Virus record (IMG/VR): IMGVR_UViG_3300016472_000577
Coordinates: 1-39,658 of that record
Source: a virus
Lineage: Duplodnaviria > Caudoviricetes
DNA length: 39,658 nucleotides
Strand: one strand, 5' to 3'
The position numbers and the translations under genes were made by a program. The notes below the pieces were generated by a model. It did not search any database. It was given only the letters and a program-made list of their open reading frames with translations, and was not told the origin of the DNA. Numbering within the stretch: position 1 is the first letter of the stretch; the number at the start of each line of letters is the position of its first letter. Shown one piece after another: positions 27,072 to 35,684 of this stretch.

Positions 27072-27387
27072 TGAGCACAGAAAATCCATTCAACAAGGGT
27101 GACCGCGTTAGGCGTAAGCACGAGATGGGCAATCGTGCGTTCATCGTTATCGCTGTTGCACGGAAAAAGTTTCATCAGAGCATTGACCGATGGCAAGATT
27201 TCAACAATCTTGGAAAGCAGATTATCAAAGTGCGAACGGTGCTGTCCAATGGGGAACTTGGTGAGACTTGGGGTTGGCAAAACGCAAGCAACTATGAGTT
27301 GTGGACACCACAACGGCAACAACGCCTACGCCCAAGCGAGGAAGGACCAATAAGCACAGAAAATCCATTCAAGAAGGGTGACCGCGT
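27034..27387 (+). repeat. 75-bp imperfect direct repeat (27034-27108 and 27313-27387)
   Basis: Five mismatches by manual alignment; 279-bp offset; spans a gene junction. Confidence 0.9.
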
Positions 27388-27694
27388 CCGCCGCACCGAA
27401 ACGGGCGAACTGGGCACGGTCATCGCGGCGGTGCAGGTCACGGAAGACCAGTTCACGACGAGGCGTGTGCACGGCATGGGTTTCCACGCCCGCAACAAAC
27501 AAGTAAGAACCGCGGCTAAGGGCGATTGGAAAATCGGTGTCCACTGGGATTGGGAAAAAGAACGGTTCGGGGACAAGGTTCCCAAGGTCACCGACCCCGA
27601 GTTCGCGCACATCACCGAAAAATGGAGGTGGCACCAGCAACACAAGCGGTGGATTGTGGCAAGGTTCCTAGAAAAAGTGGAGGAACAATCTTGA
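27071..27694 (+). CDS. Hypothetical protein with two STENPFxKGDRVRR (SH3/KOW-like) units
   Basis: TAATG coupling at 27071; internal duplication. Confidence 0.65.
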   Translation: MSTENPFNKGDRVRRKHEMGNRAFIVIAVARKKFHQSIDRWQDFNNLGKQIIKVRTVLSNGELGETWGWQNASNYELWTPQRQQRLRPSEEGPISTENPFKKGDRVRRTETGELGTVIAAVQVTEDQFTTRRVHGMGFHARNKQVRTAAKGDWKIGVHWDWEKERFGDKVPKVTDPEFAHITEKWRWHQQHKRWIVARFLEKVEEQS

Positions 27695-27761
27695 CTTCGG
27701 GGCACCGCGTCAAGGTCACAGTCGCACGGAATCGTGCGTATCAACATCAGGGAGGCAACAC

Positions 27762-28217
27762 ATGACCTATCACCGCCGATTCCGCAACCAGCACCGCAAG
27801 ACGCTTGACGCCACCCGCCGCCTGATGCGCGGGTGGACCGCCACCAGCGTTGAGGGACAGTGGGAGAAGTCGCGGCAGTGGTTGAGCGAAGTGTCCGCCA
27901 TCTACGCGATGCGAACCCCGACACTGCACCATCGCCAGCGCGGCGCGGGACAGGGCATGTACCACATTGACAGCAACAGCATCCACATGCCGTACCCGTC
28001 CATCGTGACCTTGCTCCACGAGTTCCGCCACGCCTACCAGCACAGCCACCCGAGCCGCATGGTCGCCGATGTGGAGGATGACGCCCGAGCGTGGTCGTTG
28101 AGCCTCTACTACCGACTCGCGCCGCGCACGCTGAGGCGCTTGGCGTCGGAGGGCAAGGTGCTGTTCATGGACGATGCGTTTCCGATGGTCCGCACTGGGC
28201 ACGGGGAACAGTTCTGA
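27762..28217 (+). CDS. Zincin-like metallopeptidase
   Basis: TLLHEFRHAYQ (HExxH) with downstream EDDARAWS; GGGAGG RBS. Confidence 0.75.
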   Translation: MTYHRRFRNQHRKTLDATRRLMRGWTATSVEGQWEKSRQWLSEVSAIYAMRTPTLHHRQRGAGQGMYHIDSNSIHMPYPSIVTLLHEFRHAYQHSHPSRMVADVEDDARAWSLSLYYRLAPRTLRRLASEGKVLFMDDAFPMVRTGHGEQF

Positions 28218-28246
28218 AAACTTTTACAAAAAGTAAAGCCCATGAC

Positions 28247-28276
28247 TTGCATCGTGGGGCACCCATGGGATACAAT
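28247..28276 (+). promoter_or_regulatory. Early promoter, homologous to the one at 26650
   Basis: TTGCAT-18 bp-TACAAT; shares the GGGGCACCCRTGGGA spacer and an upstream TTTACAAAAA tract. Confidence 0.75.
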
Positions 28277-28304
28277 CTAAGCGTGAGGGAAGGAGCCACC
28301 AAGG

Positions 28305-29579
28305 ATGCCTAGGCGAACCGCATGGACCGAATCCCAAGACCAACGCGCCTACGAACTCCGCCACCTAGGCGTGGGTTGGGGCGCAATCGCCGAGGCGCTC
28401 GGCATGAGCGGCGAATCCGTCGCTCGCGCCGCCGCCAACCGCTACCGTGAGCGTCTCGGAATCGTCGCCGAGGTCAGCGCCCGCCGCTCCGCCGCGGGAC
28501 GCCTCGCCGCCGAGATTCGTCACGGTCGCGCCGACGAGATTCGCCGCGGTCTTGTTGACCCCACAACTCCCACGGTTGAGGGACGCGCCACTCTCGTCGC
28601 CCAAACGATTCTCCCGCTCGCCCAGCGCACATTCGGCGCCGAGGTTGAGTTCACGGGCAAGTACAAGCACCAAGCGGCGCACGACATTGCCCACGCGCTC
28701 CACGCCGCGGGATACGCGGTCGCCCAGTACCAAGGCGAACCGCACATCCACTCAATGCCGTACCACGGCGAGCGTTGCGAGGTCTGCGGTGAGCATGTCC
28801 GCGACAAGTATCTCCAGTGGCGCATTGAACGCGACGGCTCGGTGACCACCTACCGTCACCACATTGAGACCGACCCCAACAACGGCGGTCAGGAGTTCGG
28901 TGGCGAGGTTGTCTCGCCGATTCTCACAACCGCCGACTTCCCGCAACTCGCCATCGTGCTCAAGGCGCTCCGCCAACAGACCACATGGCAGAACGCTGGC
29001 GCTCACTCCGCCAAGGTCAACGCGAACTGTGGTCTCCACATCCATGTCGGCGTCAAGGATTTGACTCCCGCGCAACGCGCCGCCATCTACCGCCACTGGT
29101 ACAGCGCCACCAGCATCGTCAGCACATTCGTCGCCCAAAGTCGCAACAACAACTACTTTTGCCGAGTCCCCGCGCAACACGAGATTGACCGCGTCGCCCG
29201 CACCTTGGAAATGAACATCGGCGCGACGCTCCAAAATGTCACCGAGAAGTACCGCTCGCTCAATGTCCTGCCGTTCCCGAAAATCGGCACCTTTGAGTTC
29301 CGACTCCACCAAGGCACGCTGAACGCGCAGAAGATTCAACAGTGGGTCACGCTCCTGCTCGCGTTCGTCACTGGCTTCGCCACCGAGGACGCAACGCCTG
29401 TCGGTCAAATCGCCGAACGCACCGACCGATTCTTGGACATTCTCGTCGCCAAGACCCAAGCACCCACCAAACTCAAGACCTACTTCGTCCACCGCCAAGG
29501 CGTCTTGGTCCCGCACCTCCGCCGCCAAACGGTCAACGCTCCCCAAACCACCCAGCAACCCGAGGAGGTCAACGCCTAA
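28305..29579 (+). CDS. Putative amidoligase (COOH-NH2 ligase, Amidoligase_2-like) with N-terminal HTH
   Basis: FGAEVEF, W.IERDGSV, EVVSPIL, CGLHIHVG, KYRSLN and TFEFRLHQGT motifs. Confidence 0.88.
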   Translation: MPRRTAWTESQDQRAYELRHLGVGWGAIAEALGMSGESVARAAANRYRERLGIVAEVSARRSAAGRLAAEIRHGRADEIRRGLVDPTTPTVEGRATLVAQTILPLAQRTFGAEVEFTGKYKHQAAHDIAHALHAAGYAVAQYQGEPHIHSMPYHGERCEVCGEHVRDKYLQWRIERDGSVTTYRHHIETDPNNGGQEFGGEVVSPILTTADFPQLAIVLKALRQQTTWQNAGAHSAKVNANCGLHIHVGVKDLTPAQRAAIYRHWYSATSIVSTFVAQSRNNNYFCRVPAQHEIDRVARTLEMNIGATLQNVTEKYRSLNVLPFPKIGTFEFRLHQGTLNAQKIQQWVTLLLAFVTGFATEDATPVGQIAERTDRFLDILVAKTQAPTKLKTYFVHRQGVLVPHLRRQTVNAPQTTQQPEEVNA

Positions 29580-30397
29580 TGTGCGGCATCGCAGGATTCA
29601 GTATCGGCAAGGGCGACCATCGCCGAATCAACAGCCGCCGACTCGCCCGCGAGTTGCTTCTCGCCATCCAAGAGCGCGGCGAGGATGCGACGGGCGCCGC
29701 ATGGTCCGAGACGGCGGATGACGGCAAGGCGGTCATGTTCGCCAAACTTGACATTCCTGCCGACGAGTTCGTGAAATCGCTCAACGAACTGATGCCGCGG
29801 CACACGCGCACCGCCATCCTGCACACCCGCTGGGCGACGCAGGGCGACCCGTCCGACAATGACAACAACCACCCCATTGTGGTCGGTGCAACGGTCGGCG
29901 TCCACAACGGCGTGGTCACCAATGACGACGCGCTGTTCGCCGCCGAGGAGTGGGAGCGCATCGCCGAGGTTGACTCCGAGGCAATCTTCCAGTTGATTGA
30001 GAACAGCAATCATCCGCTCAAGCAACTGCACCGCATCCAAGGTCGCGCCGCAATCGCGTGGCTTGACAGCAAGGCGCCCGACACTCTGCACATCGCACGA
30101 TTGGAGGGTTCGCCGCTCTACATCGGCACCACGGTCGGCGGCTCGTTCGTCTTCGCATCCACGCGCCCGCTCCTTGAGGAGGCGGCTAAAGCCGCGGGAC
30201 TCAGGCTGGCGTCGGTGCGCGAGGTCAACCAGTTCACCTACATGCATGTGCAGGGCGGCGCGGTGGTGAGCGAGCAAAAGATTCCTCGCCCGTTCGCGCC
30301 GTTGCAACGCCCAGCATGGGAGCGCTACCCAGTGTTCCAGTCGCAGTCAGAGCGGGCGCTCGCCCGCGGCGCAACCCTGTTCCCGTTGACGGATTGA
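29579..30397 (+). CDS. Class II (Ntn) glutamine amidotransferase
   Basis: MCGIAG start, RGEDATG, HTRWATQG, NNHP, HNGV and VDSE motifs; TAATG coupling to the amidoligase. Confidence 0.9.
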   Translation: MCGIAGFSIGKGDHRRINSRRLARELLLAIQERGEDATGAAWSETADDGKAVMFAKLDIPADEFVKSLNELMPRHTRTAILHTRWATQGDPSDNDNNHPIVVGATVGVHNGVVTNDDALFAAEEWERIAEVDSEAIFQLIENSNHPLKQLHRIQGRAAIAWLDSKAPDTLHIARLEGSPLYIGTTVGGSFVFASTRPLLEEAAKAAGLRLASVREVNQFTYMHVQGGAVVSEQKIPRPFAPLQRPAWERYPVFQSQSERALARGATLFPLTD

Positions 30398-30440
30398 CCA
30401 TCCACCATCGCCGCATGGGCGATGCGTATGCTTGACAATC

Positions 30441-30875
30441 ATGTCGTGGAGGGACCGAGCCGCATGCCGCGGCAAACCCAACTGGTTGTTCTTTGACCAT
30501 GACCAAGAAACCTACGCGGAGAAGACGGAGCGCGAGGCGACCGCCAAGGCAATCTGTGCCGTGTGCCCCGTCACCGCCGAATGTTTGGAAGACGGGAAAA
30601 ACCTTGAAGGCATTTGGGGCGGGTTGACCGCCGCCGAGCGGCGAGGAAGACGCCGCCATACGGTCGTTTTGGAACGCCCGTTCGTGGAAGACGCCTCGCT
30701 TGATGCGAACCCGTGGACGGTCATTGAAACCAACGGTACGCATTTCATTTGGCAGAGAGACTCGCCGACCGTCTGGCACGGATGCGAGTGGGGTGTGGCA
30801 CGCAACGGCACGCTCATTTCAACGCACGATGATTTGTCCGCCGCGTACGCCGCCTACGGAAGGCTGCTAGAGTGA
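30441..30875 (+). CDS. whiB: WhiB-family transcription factor with C-terminal extension
   Basis: WRDRAACRG...FF...AKAICAVCPVTAECL...GIWGGLTAAERR: four Cys plus the GIWGG turn. Confidence 0.9.
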   Translation: MSWRDRAACRGKPNWLFFDHDQETYAEKTEREATAKAICAVCPVTAECLEDGKNLEGIWGGLTAAERRGRRRHTVVLERPFVEDASLDANPWTVIETNGTHFIWQRDSPTVWHGCEWGVARNGTLISTHDDLSAAYAAYGRLLE

Positions 30876-30878
30876 CCG

Positions 30879-30990
30879 CGGTTCCCACGGTTGACCGCAG
30901 TGGCGATTCACCACGACCACGAGGTCTGCTAGGCGAGCGACCCTCCTTTCCCGCCGCCTAGAATGCTCTGCAACGCTGCCGTGGGAACTG
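30879..30990 (+). ncRNA. Candidate structured RNA with anti-Shine-Dalgarno loop
   Basis: 13-bp closing stem (30879-30891/30978-30990); inner hairpins GTGG/CCAC, GACC/GGTC, CTAGGCG/CGCCTAG; loop ACCCTCCTTTCC. Confidence 0.55.
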
Positions 30991-31000
30991 AGGGGGAATA

Positions 31001-31558
31001 ATGCAACAAACCATCCTGCATCATGTGCCGATAGACGAACTGGTGCCGCACCCCGATAACGCACGGAAGGGCGACACGGAAAAAATCATGGCGTCAATCA
31101 GGACCAACGGATTCTTTGGAGCGCTCGTGGTCCAGTCGGGAACGAACCGAATCCTTGCGGGCAACCATCGCTGGCAGGCGGCACGACGAATGGGGATGGA
31201 GACCGTGCCCGTGCTGTTCGTTGACTGTGACGACAAGCAGGCTCGCAAGATTCTTCTCGCCGACAACCGCTCGTCGGACTTGGCGACCTACGACACGGAT
31301 GAACTGGGAAATCTGTTGAAGAAAGTGTTGGCTGAAGGCGACCTCGGCGGCACGGGGTTTGATGCGATGGATTTGCAACGGCTCATCGGCGATGTGATTG
31401 ACGAACCGAACGAGAAACGCAAACGAAACCTTGAGCCGTTCCACAACTCTTACTGGCTCGTCAAGGCGCCGATAACGATGCAGGGTGTGGTGACCGAGTT
31501 GCTGGTGACGGCGCTCGCCAAGTTGGAGGGCGTGGAAATCGCCTCCGCGACGCACTAG
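31001..31558 (+). CDS. ParB/Srx-like nuclease-domain protein
   Basis: VPIDELVPHPDNAR...SIRTNGF...ILAGNHRWQAA...LADNR. Confidence 0.88.
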   Translation: MQQTILHHVPIDELVPHPDNARKGDTEKIMASIRTNGFFGALVVQSGTNRILAGNHRWQAARRMGMETVPVLFVDCDDKQARKILLADNRSSDLATYDTDELGNLLKKVLAEGDLGGTGFDAMDLQRLIGDVIDEPNEKRKRNLEPFHNSYWLVKAPITMQGVVTELLVTALAKLEGVEIASATH

Positions 31559-31568
31559 GAGCGTTTCT

Positions 31569-32144
31569 GTGAGACGACAGGTACTTACCCCCAACTCTCA
31601 CCTTTCAACGAAACTGAGGGTCCGCAAGGCGGCTCTGGAGCGAATCGGGAAGGACAGTGTCAGCGTGCTTGACGCTTTCGCTGGGCAAGAGGTTGTGTGG
31701 TCGGCGATGCGACGGGTCTGTCCAGAAATCAAAATCACCACCCTCGGGATTGACAAAGCGAAGTATCTGAACCCTGCCGTCATCATGGGGGACAATCGCA
31801 AGGTGATGAGGGGGCTGAATCTGGCGGAGTTTGACCTGATTGACCTTGATGCGTTCGGTTGCCCCTGGGAGCAGTTGGGCATCTGTGCGGAACTGGCGCC
31901 GAATGTCCCCGTGGTCGCGACCCACATCATTGTCACGCTTGGACCGACGCCGCGACCGCTGTTGGAGGCGGGCGGCATCCCGAGAGAGTGGACTGACCGC
32001 AAGGTGGTGCCGCACGCGCTGTTCAATCGGTGGCGTTGGGACTGGTGGGAAAACTATTGCGCGAAACTCGGGTACAAGCAGGCTGATTACGAGTTGCATC
32101 TGGACAAGTCGGCGGTCAAAAGGTACGAATCCCTGTGGTGGTAG
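31569..32144 (+). CDS. SAM-dependent methyltransferase-like protein
   Basis: VLDAFAG (motif I) and FDLIDLDAFG. Confidence 0.65.
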   Translation: MRRQVLTPNSHLSTKLRVRKAALERIGKDSVSVLDAFAGQEVVWSAMRRVCPEIKITTLGIDKAKYLNPAVIMGDNRKVMRGLNLAEFDLIDLDAFGCPWEQLGICAELAPNVPVVATHIIVTLGPTPRPLLEAGGIPREWTDRKVVPHALFNRWRWDWWENYCAKLGYKQADYELHLDKSAVKRYESLWW

Positions 32145-32183
32145 CATCACCCCGCTCAACTACACCGTGCTGTATCATCGGCG

Positions 32184-32399
32184 GTGATGCAAACAGAAGA
32201 CCTAGAACTGCGCTACGCCGAGGTGTGCCAGCAACTTGCCGTGTCCCTGCAAAAGAACGAACGGCTGCAGGCACAACTCAACGCCCTCAGACTTGAACTC
32301 GTCGCGGCAGAAGATTTCATTGAGCGAATGATGGAAAGGAATCGCACATGGGAGAACGAGAACATGACCGAGCCGCCGCACCACATCAACAGCAACTAA
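32184..32399 (+). CDS. Coiled-coil hypothetical protein
   Basis: Heptad Leu pattern; fills the gap between neighbours. Confidence 0.55.
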   Translation: MMQTEDLELRYAEVCQQLAVSLQKNERLQAQLNALRLELVAAEDFIERMMERNRTWENENMTEPPHHINSN

Positions 32400-33070
32400 A
32401 ACCTTTCGTCTACCACACGCCCGCGAGGGAAGCCGCGGCATGGTTTGACTACAAACTGCCTGCAACCATCCCTGTTTTCACGCCCTACGACCTGAGACCG
32501 TTGCTTGACGAGCCGTTCGCCATCGGCGTCGTCGTCGGCTCATCGGGGTCGGGCAAAACGCAGGCGCTCATCGCCGCAGGCTACGACCCCGTGGCGATGG
32601 AAGGCGGCGAAGACGGCGGCGTCAACTACTGGCATCCCGCATTCTGCCTGTTGGACCACTTCGTATCTGCCTCTTCCGCGATACAGGCGTTCACCGCCGC
32701 GGGTCTCAACTCCGTGCCGCAATGGTTCAAGCCGTACCACATGCTTTCCAACGGCGAACAGTATCGCGCAACGCTCGCGAGGCGCCTCTACTTCGCGACA
32801 CTCCACAAAAAAATCCTGTTCATTGACGAGTTCACGAGCACCGTAGACCGCACCGTCGCCCGAAGCCTATGCGAATCGCTCAACCGACACGCCCTGACCT
32901 ACCCGCGGCTGGTGGTATCAACTTGCCACCACGATGTTCTCCAATGGTTGCGCTGGGACTGGATGGTTGACACCGACACGAACACGGCGAGCCGCGCAGG
33001 CGAACGCCCGACCACCCAACACTGGCGAATCTTCATTGACGAACAAGTCGGACAGTTGCGCCGTGACTGA
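32348..33070 (+). CDS. Soluble ABC-type ATPase
   Basis: Walker A GSSGSGKT, signature LSNGE, Walker B LFIDEFTS, STCH H-loop; start uncertain. Confidence 0.85.
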   Translation: MGEREHDRAAAPHQQQLKPFVYHTPAREAAAWFDYKLPATIPVFTPYDLRPLLDEPFAIGVVVGSSGSGKTQALIAAGYDPVAMEGGEDGGVNYWHPAFCLLDHFVSASSAIQAFTAAGLNSVPQWFKPYHMLSNGEQYRATLARRLYFATLHKKILFIDEFTSTVDRTVARSLCESLNRHALTYPRLVVSTCHHDVLQWLRWDWMVDTDTNTASRAGERPTTQHWRIFIDEQVGQLRRD

Positions 33071-33608
33071 CATTGTGGACCTCCACCGATGCGACGGACC
33101 GAAACTGTGGTGTTTCTTCGCCCGCCACCACTACCTCTCCGACTCTTACAACGGGCACGGGGCATTCGTCGCAATCATGGAAGGCAAACCAGTCGGCTTC
33201 GCGTCGTACATCACCTACCCCAACTGGCAGATACCGCAACCAGTGCGCCGCGAGCACCGCACCGTCATCATCCCCGACTATCAAGGTCTGGGTCTGGGAG
33301 TCAAACTGTCTGATGCGATGGGCGAAATCATGCTCCGCGAGGGCTACCGCTTCTACTCCAAAACCTCGCACCCGCGGATGGGTGGCTACCGAGACCACAG
33401 CCCGCTTTGGCGGGCGACCGTCAAAAACGGACTGGCGAGGAAGGACGGAAACGACCGACAGCGGTGGGAGATGAAGCGCGTCGCCTCGTATTCCCACGAG
33501 TACATCGGCGCCGACCCCGAACTGTACGAAACCGTGATGCGAAACACCGAATCGCGCAACACCTCTCAACTACAGTTGTTCAACGATGCCTCTGTTGACA
33601 CAGAATAG
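33063..33608 (+). CDS. GNAT-family (Mom-like) acyltransferase
   Basis: FARHHYL, RTVIIPDYQGLGLG acetyl-CoA motif, KTSHP; overlaps the ATPase stop. Confidence 0.8.
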   Translation: MTDIVDLHRCDGPKLWCFFARHHYLSDSYNGHGAFVAIMEGKPVGFASYITYPNWQIPQPVRREHRTVIIPDYQGLGLGVKLSDAMGEIMLREGYRFYSKTSHPRMGGYRDHSPLWRATVKNGLARKDGNDRQRWEMKRVASYSHEYIGADPELYETVMRNTESRNTSQLQLFNDASVDTE

Positions 33609-34350
33609 CGAACTCAAACCGCACCGAATCTGGAACTGGACGATTCCCGCATGGTACACACGGCTCGCTGACGGCTCAATGTTCAAGACCTGCCCACAAG
33701 CGGGGATTTGCGCCAAGTTGTGCTACGCACGCAACGGCACCTACCTTTTCAAGAATGTCAAAGCGGCGCACGACCGAAACTTGCGGATGGTGCTTGACGA
33801 CACGGCGGCTTGGCGCGATGCGATGAACTCCGAACTGTCGGCACCGAAGTTCAACCGAATCGTCGGACCACGCACCTTGCCGCATCCAGTTGAGTACGAA
33901 GACTTGGACGACTGGATGAGAGGGTGGGTCGTCGGCGGTCTTCCCGCCGTCAGAATCCACGACGCGGGCGACTTTTTCGCCGACTGGTATCTGCTGGAAT
34001 GGTTCGCGATAGCGGAACAGAATCCGCACCTGCTGTTCTACTGCTACACCAAGGAAGTCTCGCTGTTCAAGCGGTTTTACGCCGACTTCCCGACGAACTT
34101 CCGCTACCTTTTCTCCACGGGCGGGTTGGAAGACGCGCTCATCACCGCGCACGACCGCCACGCGGAGGTTTTCCCGTCGCAAGATTCGTTGCACGCCGCG
34201 GGCTACCACTCGCAGGATGCGAACGACCTGCTCGCTATCATGTTGCCGACCACCAGAATCGGCATCACCGCAAACAACATTCCGCACTTCAACAAAAAGA
34301 TGGCGGGACGAACATTCGGAGACATAGCAAAAGGGGTTCAAGGTGCCTAG
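33586..34350 (+). CDS. Gp88-like protein (three-Cys, radical-SAM-like)
   Basis: LLTQNSEL start, TCPQAGICAKLCYA, VRIHDAGDF and FYCYTK motifs. Confidence 0.78.
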   Translation: MPLLTQNSELKPHRIWNWTIPAWYTRLADGSMFKTCPQAGICAKLCYARNGTYLFKNVKAAHDRNLRMVLDDTAAWRDAMNSELSAPKFNRIVGPRTLPHPVEYEDLDDWMRGWVVGGLPAVRIHDAGDFFADWYLLEWFAIAEQNPHLLFYCYTKEVSLFKRFYADFPTNFRYLFSTGGLEDALITAHDRHAEVFPSQDSLHAAGYHSQDANDLLAIMLPTTRIGITANNIPHFNKKMAGRTFGDIAKGVQGA

Positions 34351-34630
34351 AAGACGGAAAAACGCTCGGACCGAAACATTCAAGAGGTTTTTGTCGGCGC
34401 AACCGTTGCTCCGCAGGTTTGACTCCACCATGTCGCAGGAACAAATCGCCAAGCGGCTCGGAGTGCATGCGAGCGCGGTATCGGCGTGGCAACGCGGGGG
34501 ACAAATCCACTGGCTGACCGCTGACAGCATCGCGGTACGGTTGGGTACGCACCCCGCCGAGGTTTGGGGCGACGACTGGACCGTGGTGCACTCACCCGAG
34601 TTGACGGAGACCAATCCCGACCTCGTCTAG
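34343..34630 (+). CDS. XRE-type HTH protein
   Basis: MSQEQIAKRLGVHASAVSAWQRG...ADSIAVRLGTHPAEVW. Confidence 0.8.
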   Translation: MPRRRKNARTETFKRFLSAQPLLRRFDSTMSQEQIAKRLGVHASAVSAWQRGGQIHWLTADSIAVRLGTHPAEVWGDDWTVVHSPELTETNPDLV

Positions 34631-34643
34631 CCTCGTCTTCCCC

Positions 34644-34802
34644 ATGACGGCTCAAGAGATAGCGAACGCAATCACCTACCTTCGCAAGGTTTTCGTCGGA
34701 CCGTTGGAGGTTGACGCTTTCGTCAAGACGATGACGGCGTTGGAGCGCGAGTATCGGCGTTTGCGCGACGAAGAGCGCTCGGCGACCGCTGCCCGTGCCT
34801 GA
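34644..34802 (+). CDS. Small hypothetical protein (52 aa)
   Basis: MTAQEIANAITYLRKVFVGPLEVDAFVK...; fills the gap and overlaps the next start. Confidence 0.55.
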   Translation: MTAQEIANAITYLRKVFVGPLEVDAFVKTMTALEREYRRLRDEERSATAARA

Positions 34803-35427
34803 ACTCAATGCGAACATCCCCGCAACGGAGGCGTTCGTCCGCGGCAACTATCTGAGGGACCAACGCGACTCGCACGACCAGTTTTTCCCGTGCATCATCT
34901 TTGGGGTCGGTTCACTGCCAGACAGGGTGCCAGTGTTCCACTTTTTGATGGAGGACGGCGGAATCTGGTGGCGCATGCCCGTCTCGGCGTTTTGTCAAGC
35001 GCCCGACACGCCGCCGATGGACCTCCACGATTTGGTGCTTTGGAACTCGTTTAGCCCGCACATCGCGGTGACGAAGTTTGAGGCGCTTGACGGGATGCGA
35101 ATGACTTACAACGACCGTCACCGCCGCCAACACTCAGGGAAGTATCTTTTCACCCTTGATTGGCACCAACCCGACCACAATCTGTTGGATTCGGGTTATT
35201 CGGAGAACTGGGGGCAGCACAAGTGCGGGCATGTCATCGCGCTTGACAACGGCAACTTCGCCATCCAACCGAACAATCGGGTGAGGCTGTTTGACCCTTC
35301 GTTCACCGTCAAAACGGCGCCAGTGATTGAACGGTTGCTCAACACCCACGCCTACGCGGTGGAAGACGCCGCCAAGTGGGTGACGGGGGACGACGACCGC
35401 TACGACTACGAGGTTCGCGCCCTGTGA
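34795..35427 (+). CDS. Conserved phage hypothetical protein
   Basis: LNANIP...WWRMPVSAF...GKYLFTLDW...HKCGH...GNFAIQPNNR pattern; function unknown. Confidence 0.75.
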   Translation: MPELNANIPATEAFVRGNYLRDQRDSHDQFFPCIIFGVGSLPDRVPVFHFLMEDGGIWWRMPVSAFCQAPDTPPMDLHDLVLWNSFSPHIAVTKFEALDGMRMTYNDRHRRQHSGKYLFTLDWHQPDHNLLDSGYSENWGQHKCGHVIALDNGNFAIQPNNRVRLFDPSFTVKTAPVIERLLNTHAYAVEDAAKWVTGDDDRYDYEVRAL

Positions 35428-35612
35428 TGGTCGGCGGCAGGATGGGCGAGGACCCCGTATCCAACTGGATACCTCCCGAGCATCTGGATTGGTCGGTCAT
35501 CTGCGGGCATTGCTACCGCCCGATGCGACCCGAGCACGCCCATTACCGTTGCCAGAACTGCGGGGAACGGGATTCGTGCTGTGAGGGCGGCTGGCAGCCC
35601 GACTGCGGTTGA
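35427..35612 (+). CDS. Small zinc-ribbon protein
   Basis: CGHC...EHAHYRCQNCG..DSCCEG; TGATG coupling. Confidence 0.65.
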   Translation: MVGGRMGEDPVSNWIPPEHLDWSVICGHCYRPMRPEHAHYRCQNCGERDSCCEGGWQPDCG

Positions 35613-35632
35613 CAAAAGGTAAAGCCCGAGAC

Positions 35633-35661
35633 TTGACAATGGGGCAGAAAAGGGGTACACT
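35633..35661 (+). promoter_or_regulatory. Promoter of the same family
   Basis: TTGACA-17 bp-TACACT; upstream ACAAAAGGTAAAGCCCGAGAC resembles 28226-28246. Confidence 0.8.
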
Positions 35662-35684
35662 GGGATTGTGGAAAGGGGAACCCA

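Noticed and set aside
27034-27387. 75-bp repeat pair as a diversity-generating retroelement TR/VR
   Set aside because: Only 3 of 5 mismatches involve adenine on either strand, no reverse transcriptase is present in the window, and the repeat spans a gene junction rather than a C-terminal variable region.
30879-30990. Multibranch structure as a tRNA
   Set aside because: No T-loop GTTC consensus in the right position, no 7-nt anticodon loop geometry, no CCA end; the closing stem is too long.
32348-33070. ABC ATPase as part of a transporter
   Set aside because: No permease or substrate-binding gene nearby; it is coupled to a GNAT enzyme instead.
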